Positions 46,869-57,800 of a DNA stretch of 64,000 bases are shown in pieces. Both the position numbers and the translations under genes were made by a program. Source of the stretch: Fimicolochytrium jonesii (lineage: Eukaryota); assembly GCF_025526975.1 (NCBI RefSeq), contig NW_026515671.1:1612001-1676000 (forward strand), read 5' to 3'. Below the pieces are notes generated by a model. It was not told where the DNA came from, did no database searches, and saw nothing but the letters and a program-made list of their open reading frames with translations. Each line of letters begins with the position of its first letter. Position 1 is the stretch's first letter.

Positions 46869-48410
46869 TCAGAAAGTGGACCCATATCGAGTTTCGAGGG
46901 TATCAACGAGAGTTTGCGGGCTTTCATGGCGGGCGCGAGGGGCCTTCAGCTCGTTGACCTCGCCGGCATACACATCCTCGTCATCGTCGTCGTCCTCCCG
47001 TTCCTCCTCGAAGCGGGATTCGTTCTCTGCGGCCGCGGTAAGAATGGCGGGTATCTGTTGCTTGATCAGCTCCTGCCGCTTGATGACAGCGTCCGCCGCA
47101 ATCGCGACCATTGCGTTGGCGAGGGCCAACCGATCCTCGAGCAGTTGTGTGTTGGATTGCATGAGACGACGGTGTCGGTAGACAACGTCCGCAGTCGCAT
47201 CAGGGCGAACCATGTCAAAAACGTGAAGCTCCACAACGTCTCCTACGATCGAGGCTGCGAAGATATACAGTTGATTGTCTGGCACGCCCATTATCCGATA
47301 GAGATCCAGGGTTGGCTTTGCAACACAGGCCAGCTGAGGTACCGCGTCGCCAGCACCCAGGTCTTTGCATTCCAGGAGAAACACCGGAACCGCGAAGAGC
47401 GACGTCTGGATGGTTGCGCCTGGAAAAGCTGATCCTTCAACAGCAGCAATAAAATCCGGTTTGGGCAGCGTCGATTCAATGGCGACTGTTCTTGGGAGCG
47501 GCAGATTGACGTTGCTGTACACAAAGAGCACCACAGAGAGAATTAGATTCGTGACACGGGAGCTGTTGAATGGAGAAACGCGAAACGCTGTATACGCACG
47601 AGAAGTCTGTAAAGCCCTTCTCTCCCAGAGGAAAAAATCGGACGAGAGACATGGACACTCGTCGCTCAAAAGCGAGCTCTCCGCGACAAAAATTCGGGCC
47701 GTCGGTGACATCCAGCCCCGTGGAGACGGCGGTGGCGAAAGCGTACATAGAGCTATGCGTGAGGTCTTCCCCCTCCTCATCGAAGGACATGAGAGGCTCG
47801 AGCTTCCGTGCGACTATGGGTGGCAGATGTTCCTGTGTACATGCGCGGTGCGGCAGACCGCAGACGTAAGCACAATGTTCTTCCAACTGACGGGACATGG
47901 CAAAGGTTCAGAACGACAAAATCAGATCACACCTTTAAGGCAAACGGAAAAACACAACACTTCGAGGCGTCGAGCACAGCCTGTACCGGTCCCGCGGCCG
48001 TTGCCAAATTGTCGAACTTGAATCCAACCCCCCGAAGTACTGCACGAGGGACATTACTGAGATAAAGGCGTCAAGTTAGTGTCCTTTATATCCATGTTCA
48101 CCCCACCAAGCTGAATGAGAATTTTTCCTCCTACTTGGGAACGAACGTTGCCTCCGTTGGCGGTACGACCCGAATGCCGAACTGGCCGGCTAAGTCTGCG
48201 TAGGCTAGCGAGAGCTGTTAGTATGTCCAAAAGCCAAGAAAGACAAGCGTTTACGTACCTTGCGAAAAAGCCAGCTGTCTGGTTCGGAGCGGAGTCGCCG
48301 GACGCTTTGCGGCCGGGCTGTTGCTCCTGGACGTCAGTGCTGAGGATGACAGTCGAGAGGGACAGTGTGTCAGGCGGAGAGTGACAAGCGGTTTGTTGTG
48401 GCAGAGTCAT
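46869..48410 (-). CDS. PD-(D/E)xK restriction-endonuclease-fold protein (Crinkler/CR-REase-like), multi-exon; start uncertain
   Basis: KPDFIAAVEG...VFLLECKDLG..AVPQL motif. Candidate introns at about 47516-47598 and 47887-47933 join upstream exons in frame. Acidic tail. Confidence 0.55.
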
Positions 48411-48857
48411 TCCAGTGCTATGTTGATGTCACATGGGAGAAACAGTATCCTGTACGTAGTGTCTGTAGTGACTGGTATCAAGCCACGTCAAGTCAACCCT
48501 CGTCAGCGCAACAAGGACTGAAGTAACACCGTGTCACCGGAGCTTCTGTTCCGTTTGCTCGGATGTTGACCCGTGGTGCGCTACGCTAGGATTAGCCTTT
48601 ACAGTAGGGTTGCGTGTTGTTATGGTACAGGTTAGTTACCCAAAAACGTCACCAAGTTTATGTCGCTTCTTATATGTACTGTATTCTGTACATATGTATG
48701 TACGTCTGGGCAGAAAGACGACCGACGCCAACCAAATCTCCACACGGCATCAACATGGCATCGTTTGTCTGCAATGGACCACAAACACAAGCCCCTCAAA
48801 TAAAGAAGAATCATTCTTCGCATAAAGCGCAATGAGCACTGCTGTCTCTGGTTGTGT

Positions 48858-51800
48858 TCAAACATCTAAGGGCCCTGGCCCTGGAATCGCGCTTCCCTTT
48901 TTGTCGTCGCTGCCACTTTCGCCCTTCCGTTCTGCCGTAGGTGGCAAAGTCGGTCTCCTTCCTGCCGAGGTCCCCACCACGCTTAAATCTCTACCCCTCC
49001 CACCCGCATTTACGGACCGGCAACTTTTCTCCACATCTTTCTGCTGGAGTTGGGTAAGCAGCGCGGACCAATTGGTTGCATCTGCCTCGCTCAGTTGCAT
49101 TTCGATCGTGCCGATCTTCCCACCAGCTATGATCCGCAGGACTTGCTTCTTCTCCCGCACTGGATCCAGTTCAAACTTGAAAGTATCCTCTCTCCAATTG
49201 CAGGATAGAGCCGAGCACTTGAAGACAAACGATACGAAGTCAGTTTCAGTATGTTCCCCACGATACGTCGGTCATCAGATGGATCGGCAGTATGGACTCA
49301 CATCAGGATACACATAAATGACCGTATGGTGCGCCGGCAGACATATCACATGGACATCCCTCCATGGGCCAAACATGAGCTTCGGCTTGAATCGCGCCAT
49401 CATTTGATGTTGGACCACATTCGCTAGACCCTCTTGCGCATGATTCGACACCGTCTGGCTAGTGATCGAACTCTGTCGGCTATCATCAACCCGGGCCGTT
49501 GCTCGGATGCCCGCTTTTAGTCCCAATCCGTTTGATGGCTTCAAGTCGGATTCTCCTTTTCTCAGGATCAGCCATGCCTTTGGGGCGAAGGTCACGGTGA
49601 GAATGACGAACGATGCGGACCAGATCGCGATCGCGCGAACCATGAAGACTAGGCTTGGCGTTGTTCCTGGCATGAAGACGACGGGAAAGCCGAGGAGACA
49701 AAAGACGATCACGTTGTAGGAAGCAATGCCGAGCTGCTTTGATTCGTTGTACTGCAGGGCGACATTGCGATTCTGGTCATGATTGAGCACACCGGAGAAT
49801 AGTTTCAGTGAGACGCAAATATCCGCACACAACCGTATCCACTCACCACGAACGCAAATAAAACAGTGACCCCCAGAATGAAACCGTTATATGCCATCAA
49901 CATCGTGCTCCACGTATTATTGGCAGACTGGCACACAAGGTAGTGATCCGTCGATTCCGGATTCATCATGACCGGTATTGGAGGGGAAGCGGCGCCCCAG
50001 ACAGCGATCATGATTACATTAATCAGAACAAGCGGGACCGTCGCCTGTAACAATCGCATATCTTTCAGCGCCTTTTTGGATGGCCTCGGATTGTTAAAAA
50101 TGTAGTAGATGCGGAGGTTCTTGATGCAGAGACTCCCCAGCGATAGCGAAAAGCCGATGGCGAGAAGGGCGGGTGCAACTATACAGCTGGCTCGGGTGAC
50201 GGGACCAGCATAGAACAGGTTCGAGATGAAGGTCAAGGCAAGACCCAATAAGATCAGGCCCAGGAAGATCGGACTGGCGGCTTTGATGACTTTCCGTTTG
50301 ACGTAAATTCTGGTGAACACCGCGGCGGCCAGGATACCCAGCAAGCCGACGCTGCTCAAGAATGCAACGAAGATTCCCAGCGGAGCGCTGTAGGCTGTGT
50401 ATGGAACGCAAGGTATCACGACTTGGATGGCGATGGGATCAGAAGTTCTCAGATCATCTATCACTTGGTAGGAAAGGGTGTCGATCCCACAACCTGTCGG
50501 GTGGAAGGTCAGATCAAGTCGATAGATGTGTGAGGAGGTATTGGAAGTCGCGGACAGAAGCTCGGCATTAGAGATGCGCTCGCCCGCTGCATTTGTCAGA
50601 TATCCTATCCCCGGAGGCTTGGTGATTTGAAACTTCGGAGTCCGCTCGTCCCGTTCATAAGCTTCAAGCATCACGGTGAATGGCAGAACATCTCCGGTGC
50701 CACCATTGAGACGTGATACCGGATAGCTCATTGCCATTCCCTCGGGGGCCGTCGCCGGATGAACCAGGGAGGTCAAGTGGATGGTGACGGTGCTCGTTTC
50801 GGATAGCTGGGAGAGATCCCCAATGCAGTCCGTCGCCCCGTAGTCAAACCCATCGACGCCACTCTTTGAGGGGTCGGGCACGTACACGACTCGATACTGC
50901 ATGTCGGTGACATAGCCAGCTTCTAACCGGTCAGTCCCCACGTTCTCAATTGCATCAATCTCCTTCCATCCGTCGAGTTTATAGTTGGCACGATCCAGCC
51001 TAATTGCATCCGTCTGGAAAGGTGTGCCACAGACGCCCGGCGAGTTCATCAGGTAGGTCTGCGATATATATGTGCCCCTTGATGAGTACAGGTCTTTCTG
51101 CGCTGCGCCTTTCCACACTGCGATCCAGTCGTTGGTGGCAGGATGCCGGACGGAGATGATCTCCGTAGTTCCCGGATTCAGATTTTCGTATCTGTTTCCC
51201 AAGTTTTCTTTCAGCAGATGAAACGAAGGATGAGGTCCGGTGAGTGCAAGAAACCTACGAGTTGATGCTAACAATATGCGTCGCTAAATCATATCCAACC
51301 TCAACGAACTCCATCGCATTCGGCGAAGGCGGGCAGTTCCATCCCCATGGATTTGCAGGACCCTTTGGTTCGCACTTGACACCCCTCGGCGTACTTGGAC
51401 ACCAGGAATCTTCAGAGCCGCCATAGCCGAGATCCGCGCGACTTGCATCATATTTCTCTGGCGCGCCTAGCAGAGCATTGACACCATAGCCAGAGTATTC
51501 ATCTGTCCAATAATACTGGGTGCTAAAACGCAGAGTCGGATCACTCGGCCAGGGGATGGTTCGGTTCGGGTACTGTGGAACTCGGCTAACCCATTGCTTC
51601 TTTCGTGGCTGACTGATCCGCCACGGTGTAAAGTACTCTGTAATGGCTTCCCCAATGTAATTCGGTGGATTAGTTTCATTGTATTGATACAGCTTGCCGA
51701 GTGTCGGAAGCGAATTGATGGTGCACACCAGAAGCCGCTCATCCGAGTCTTGAGTGATTGCATTCAATTGAATGATGATCGAGGATGCGTTTTCTTCTGA

Positions 51801-54548
51801 GATGTACGTGCTGAGGAATGGAAAGCCGTCCCATCCGATGTTGCTCGGTTGCTTCGGGGCCGCTGTCCACAGGGGGAAACGGGATGCAGATCCACCGCCC
51901 AGCTGACCGGCATAGGATCCAGCAGGCCCGCATAAAGATGCCTCAGTCGTGCTTGCGGAAACCGGTGCACCGCAAGCTGCAATACCCTTGCTGCCCTCAT
52001 TTAAATGCCACACTACGCTCAAATTGGCCGTCTCTTGCGGTCTGAGGAGAACATTCAAATTCCTCGATCCTCCCACAACCCCTTTCGACGAATTGAAAAT
52101 GGCAATCTCGTCCAATCCACCCTCGTATCCTTTCCCGATTACGAGCCCCGTTCCGCTGGATGGTATGCCGGCGGTGGAAACATGTACGTCTTGTACATTA
52201 TTGTTCACGTATATACTGATCTCTCCGCTCGAGTCTTTGCTCACAGCTACATGCGACCACTGCTGGGAGGTGATATTTGCGCGGAGGAGCGGTTGACCGG
52301 CGACGGCAAAACGCAAGACGTTGTGCACTTGATCCATAGTGAGAACAAGCGTATCGTCTGCGGTAGCCCATATGCGTGCCGCAGTAGACGACGATACGGG
52401 GTCTGGCCATAACCACATCTCCATAGTGAACTCCGCCATCCCCAAAAGTGGGTAGTTCGGGAAATCTATATGGTGTCGATTTGCAAATGTCAGATAAAAG
52501 GTGTTGACGCCAGCAACGGCCGGAATCCCGGTCCTTGCGGCGAGGTTGATTGTCGCGACGGCGTTGTTGGTTGAGACTATCCCATGCTCGCCTACTACGC
52601 TGAACTCGAACGTGTCAAATGGGGCACCGTGTTCATTGGGGTGTGGTACATATTGGATGCCGTCTACTTCGGTGTTCACGACATCACCGACACTCAACAG
52701 CTCCTTTCGTTGCGGGACGTCGTTCCAGATCAAGGTCGCTCTATAGATTGAACCGCGAATTGGAAGTGTCTGCACAATCGCACCTTTAAATGGCCCTTGT
52801 GCAAAGGGGCGTGCCGTCAGAGGGATGAAGATGTTTGCAGCCCCCGCTACGACATCCACGTGAACATTCCGAGCAGTCAGCGATTTGGCAACGATGAGTG
52901 TCACGGTCGCCGATGTCGGCGCTGATGTGCCGTCGGAGATCTGGTACGTGAATGTACAGCTAGCATCCACTGCCGCGGTGGAGGACACCCAAATTGTGTC
53001 ACTGTTGCCCGGGATAACGCTCCCATCAACGGCGGGTGTGACGGAGTCTAGGTATATAGACCATCCGGCTGCCGTGGAACAGGTTTGAAGTGACTGGATT
53101 GACGTGGTGATCTGTGCATTGGGGACGTCAGAAGAACCGGGAAGCTTGACGCTGGATAAGGACGCCGACGGAATGAAGGCCCGCACTCGTCGGCTGCCAG
53201 TCAAGGGGGCATCGGAAGGGATCCAAGAAGGTCGTCGGTTGCATTCGACGTTCTGTTTGCATGTGCCACAGTCAGTCAACATGAGAGAAATCAACATCAC
53301 GGTTGGGATCCTCCCACTTACGTCCGAGACTCCAATTCTCCCAGCGGGGCATTCGACAACATCCGCAAACGCATTCTGACCTCCCAGCACCAGTGGGTTC
53401 GCAGTTGCATCAACCTCATTCAAAATAGTCTTGCTATCGCTTTCCAGTATGTCCATCCCCCATTTTGCGAATAAGCCCGCGGTGCTTCCCGGGAGCACGT
53501 GGTGCATATCCGCTTGAATCTCTTCCTGCGTCCGAACAACGTTCCATATCTTCGTTGAAAAAGGTGAAGGAGCGTTGACGTAAGTCAATATCGAGTGCAA
53601 CGACAAAAGCGCAAACCCACCCGAACTTCATCCATAACCCCCACAAACGCCTTCAGGTCCTGAAACGAGCCATAGAATGCATCCTGGTCCTGCCCCAACA
53701 CCAAAGCGACCGTGCTCGTAAGATTAGCGCCCACTAAGTAGTCTTGCGTCTCGGTGTTTTCATCGCTGTATTCTAGGTCGCCGTTGAGGTAGAAGTGGGC
53801 TACTCCTGTTGTGACCTGTGAGGGTGTGAGTTGTTGCCCGAAAGGGGAAGCATGTGTGGGCGATGAAGGGATACGTACATCCAGTGTGAGCGCTTTAATG
53901 GAAGCAATCCGTGTGCAGATCAACAGTTAGTCAAGCTATGCGTCCCCGGAACGACGCAACATATCCATTGACCCTACCCATATGCTGCCACTCCCCCAAC
54001 CGAAGATCCGTCCAATTCGTCGCAGACTAATAGCAAGCCGCATCAGCCCAAATATCAACAAAAGCACATTACCCAAGAAAAATCACAAACCAAAATGGCC
54101 CCTGCGGTATTCGACAACAACGACGCATAGCCATTCTGTACATTAATGTAATCATCATCAGCGCCATCATCCACCCCCTCAAAATTGAATGAATGCAACA
54201 CGGCGAGGGAGAAGTAGTGCGGGTTTTGGGAGACGAAGGGGAAAAAATTGGTTCTGCGGTTGTGAGGAAATGTCGGGTTAGCTATTTTCTTCATCACATA
54301 TAAAGGAGGGACGCTGTCCATCACTCATACTTCGCCCAAAACTCGATCGTGAAAGTACTTGGAGGCCACTGCGTTACGATTTGGCCGTACGAGACCCCGT
54401 CGACGATGCCTTGGCTTCCGATGCCGGCAACTGTGGTTGTGTTGTAGAAATACAATGCGTTGCCTGCGCCGCCGGCATACAAGGTCGCTTCCGTATAGGG
54501 AAAGGCGACGCAGGCTAGAAGGAACAGGAGAAGGAGACAGATGGACAT
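48858..54548 (-). CDS. Class C (7tm_3, GABA-B-like) GPCR with very large LamG/Ig-like/FBXL4-like ectodomain and PH-like cytoplasmic tail, multi-exon
   Basis: Signal peptide MSICLLLLFLLACVAFP; LamG motifs FTIEFW, VGVMDEVR, FTMEMW, QWSHVAV and GGLDEIAIF; 7TM motifs KVIKAASPIFL, GFSLSLGSLCIKNLRIYYIF, YNESKQLGIASYN and TFAPK. Confidence 0.88.
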
Positions 54549-54943
54549 TGCGTGGAAGTACGACACTTTGCAAGAGTAGGGGCGCCGTTTGGGGCCGCTG
54601 CCGGAGAGCTTGAGGAATTACTTCCTCAGAGGGCAGAAAAGTCTTTTGCGATATTGACTGGCTCCACCGCGATATTGACGGACGCTTTCATTTCAAATCC
54701 GGGATTGGTTGAGAATTCTCTAATTGTCAGAAAGTCGTACCCTGAGCAGCAGAATTGGGAAGAGAGAGAGAGATCCGAGCCCTGGAGGGAGGACGGAACC
54801 TAACTGTCGGAGGGCCGTCTTTAGTCCAGATTGTACCTTGCCTTCATCTACTGTGTCAGCGTCATTTCGGTTTGCGGAGTCGCGATTACCCAAGCATCCC
54901 ATTCATTCATTACCGTCGTTCGAAAACAACCCTGACTCCAAAA

Positions 54944-55100
54944 TGTATGAAAATCATACAACAACGCAAACAACACCGTGGGTCTCTCTACAACATACAA
55001 GAAGTATTGTCGCATATCTTGCGATGCACGCAGGTCCGTGTGCCATCGCGGGTGGGAATAGCTAAATACGTGAGGCTAACTATCTAAGGAGACTAGAAAA
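54944..55100 (-). ncRNA. Candidate Fanzor omega-RNA scaffold
   Basis: Four consecutive stem-loops directly 3' of the Fanzor stop, at 55058-55083, 55021-55049, 54989-55014 and 54944-54960. GTCTC (55089-93) and GAGAC (54982-86) could close the first three. Confidence 0.45.
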
Positions 55101-55102
55101 CT

Positions 55103-55965
55103 TCACCACAACTGTGCATCAGCTAACCAGCCCGGACCATTCCATCTCGGTCGATGACCGTTGTAGTGTGAATATTGATGAATCAGGAACCGAAAGTTGG
55201 CGGCAGCTTGAATGTCTCTGTCAAAGATGGGCGGCATATCAGGAGGTATCTGGCATGTTGGGCACTATCAAGTCTCCAGTTTCTGCCCATCTCGTTGCGG
55301 GACTCTGGGCACCTTGGAAACAACATCGGTTCCGCTTCATCTGCTTCTTGCTCGCACTATCGTCGGAGTCCGTGCCTGGCCGGAGCCTCCCGGTGTCGAC
55401 GATACCAGTACTTGGGACGATGTTTGCATGTGCCATAGGGTTGCCAAGAAGCCCTGGTGTCGTGGATATTGGCTTCTGGAAATTGTCCGGCGAGGGTCTC
55501 GTAGCCTGCCATTGAATTATGGCATTGTGTCGTAGTGCCCATTTCAGGCATGATGAAGACAGTTGCGCCGGCAACGGCCAGTTGTCTGGCAAGGCTCTTG
55601 ATTGGCACGGTGCCATGTGGTTTCTGCCAGCCACGACGTGTGAAATCACCAGAACCAAAGGCGAAAACGGGTTGATGTTCCAAGCTGAATGCGAGCCTGT
55701 CTTCTGGGTGGATGTTATTCCGTGGGGCATTGGTGTGACGATCGTAGTGGTGGTTTCTAAGGCATCGCATTCGGACCTTGTACCGATGGTTTCTTCTCAG
55801 GCCGGCGCCTCTGGCCAGGCCAGATGTGTGGCCAATTCGTTGCGTGGATGCCCAACGCTCGTGGGTGACGCGCTTCATGAGGTGGAGGGCATCATCCATC
55901 AACGCTCGCTGCTGATGTATCTTCCAAAAGTGTTATGGATGACGCGCCCATACCATAAGCTTACC
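55103..55965 (-). pseudogene. Fanzor1 (TnpB-derived RuvC nuclease), C-terminal half, disrupted
   Basis: WYGRVIHNTFGRYI/QRAL helix, VFAFGSGDF..HGTVPIKSLARQLA..VFIMPEMGTTTQC (rearranged RuvC-II Glu plus TT-x-x-C), CPTC, FDRDIQAAANF (RuvC-III) and GHRP. In-frame TAGs at 55357 and 55265 plus two apparent frameshifts. RuvC-I not found. Confidence 0.78.
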
Positions 55966-55977
55966 TACTGACAGCCG

Positions 55978-56059
55978 CCAATGTCAACTGCCAATGTCAA
56001 ACGCCAATGTCAATGTCAATGTCAGTGTCAATGTCAGTGTCAATGTCAATGTCAATGCC
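55978..56059. repeat. (CAATGT)n hexanucleotide tandem array
   Basis: About 12 CAATGT/CAGTGT units abutting the 5' break of the Fanzor relic. Confidence 0.9.
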
Positions 56060-56213
56060 ACTCCCCCTCTCTCCTCTCATTTCGCCAATCCCGCCTCGGC
56101 TTCTCCACATCACCCCACTACTTCTCCATAGCCAGGCCACTCCTCCTCTCTGCTCTCATTTCGCCAATCCCCCCTCGGCTTCTCCACACCCCCCACCACT
56201 TCTCCATAGCCAG
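56058..56213. repeat. Tandem duplication of about 77 bp
   Basis: CCACTCC..CTCTCATTTCGCCAATCCC..CTCGGCTTCTCCACA..ACTTCTCCATAGCCAG occurs twice head-to-tail. Confidence 0.85.
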
Positions 56214-56493
56214 CAGCTGTAGCAATGATCTCTACGCTCGCCACGCACGCTCTAGGAGCATAGCTGGCGCCCCCGCCGGTCCCCTCTTGTTGTTGTTGTT
56301 CTCTGGCCTGCTGGGTTGCCTATCTATAACTAGCCGCCCTCTCTTCGTCCATTCCCTTCCTCCCCAGCAGATCAACACCAGTTCTTCTCATCTCCTGTTC
56401 TAGTCCTTGTTTCTTGTTTTGCCAATACAATCTCTTGTCGCCTATCACTCTCGCCTTGTCTTCTCTACTTCGCTTCCGCCTCAGTCGTCGAGA

Positions 56494-57720
56494 TCATAAC
56501 AGAAGCAATCTTGTGAAAAATTTGTTGGCCGGCTCTTCAGTTCTCTCTTCCGGCCGACGGCCGGCAATTTCCACCCGGTACCACCGCGCCAAAGCGCCGA
56601 CGTGTTGTCTTGCTCCCGCCGCATCCCGGTTCCTCATCGAACCCAAAAGTCTGGCCAACGACTGACCCAGCTCCACGCTCATCGTCTCCAGTCCGAAACG
56701 CTCTCCAGTAAGGATGTCCTGGAGAGGACCGTCAAATATCAACTGAACCGCAGTTCCGGCAAAACAGGTACCACCGGCACTCGGTATGCCAAATCTTGTT
56801 TGAACCCCACCCCCCCGGCCTCCCCGTGAGCCCGGTGTCATTGTTCCCCGGCCTCTATCTCCCCGGCCTCCATCTCCCCGGCCTTGATCTCCCCCGCCTC
56901 GCTCCGGCCGCGCTCCACGAGACCCAGTCCTACGGCTACCAGGAGGGGGGTTGAAGCCTTGTGGACTAGGCATCAACGGAGCTGGCATGGTTTCGATGGC
57001 ACTCCACACAGGCAAGTCTTCGATTGGAAGGCTTTGCGATCCACGGGCGAGGGTGTCGTCGTTGTTTCTGTCAGGCGGAAAGGGGATGTGCACCCGGACA
57101 CCTTCAATTGACCGGAGCAGGTGGTGCGTGTAGGGCCCGGTTGAAGATTCCGACTCGGTGCTGGTTGTTGCTCGTCGAGGCTGGGGGTCAGGAAGGTCCT
57201 CAAAAGTGAGAGGCACCACAATCCGAAGGATGGTTCTCCGGGGATTCGCCGGGTCTGGCGAACGCGTGAGGCCCATGGACATGGGGATGGTCACATTGGG
57301 AGGGAAGACAAGCCACCCGTCCCGGTTGATGGAAAACATTGCCGAAGGCTGAATGTACCCATGTCCCGACTGGCTATGGGAGCCGTCGCCTCCATCTCCA
57401 TCATGCTCTCCAGGTGGTTGGTCAGGCTGCTCCGCGGGGTTCGGCTTGTCGGATCGTTGAGGCTGTACCGGCGGGATCGGTGGCTGAGGTGCTGGAGGTT
57501 CCGGTGGTTGAGCTTGTTCAGCTTGTTCAGGTCGTTCCGGCTTGGTTGCGGTTTGTTCGGTGGTCAACGGCTCTGGCCTTTCTGGGTGTCCCGTTGACGG
57601 ACCCAATGGGGCTGGTAGATTTACACCGGCTTGCTGTGTGCTTGGTCCTGCCGTCCTAGAAGGCCTAAGGGGAGGCGGAGGCTTTGGGATTCCAACGGGC
57701 AGATTAGGTTCATTGGCCAT
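56494..57720 (-). pseudogene. Pro/RGG-rich ORF ending in a truncated USP (peptidase C19)-like domain
   Basis: RFGIPSAGGTCFAGTAVQLIF resembles the USP Cys box (GLxNxGNTCY/FxNSxLQxL), and EEPANKFFTRLL resembles the QxDAxEFLxxLL box. No His box before the stop. Confidence 0.5.
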
Positions 57721-57800
57721 GGTGGAAGTTGTTGGAACGGATGCTTGAACACGGGGGAAACTTGCGGAGGGGTCTTGATTTCTACGACGTGGGTAGAAAC

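Noticed and set aside
55981..56403. ORF with a (CQ)n run resembling a metal-binding protein
   Set aside because: It is a translation of the (CAATGT)n microsatellite, with no other coding signal.
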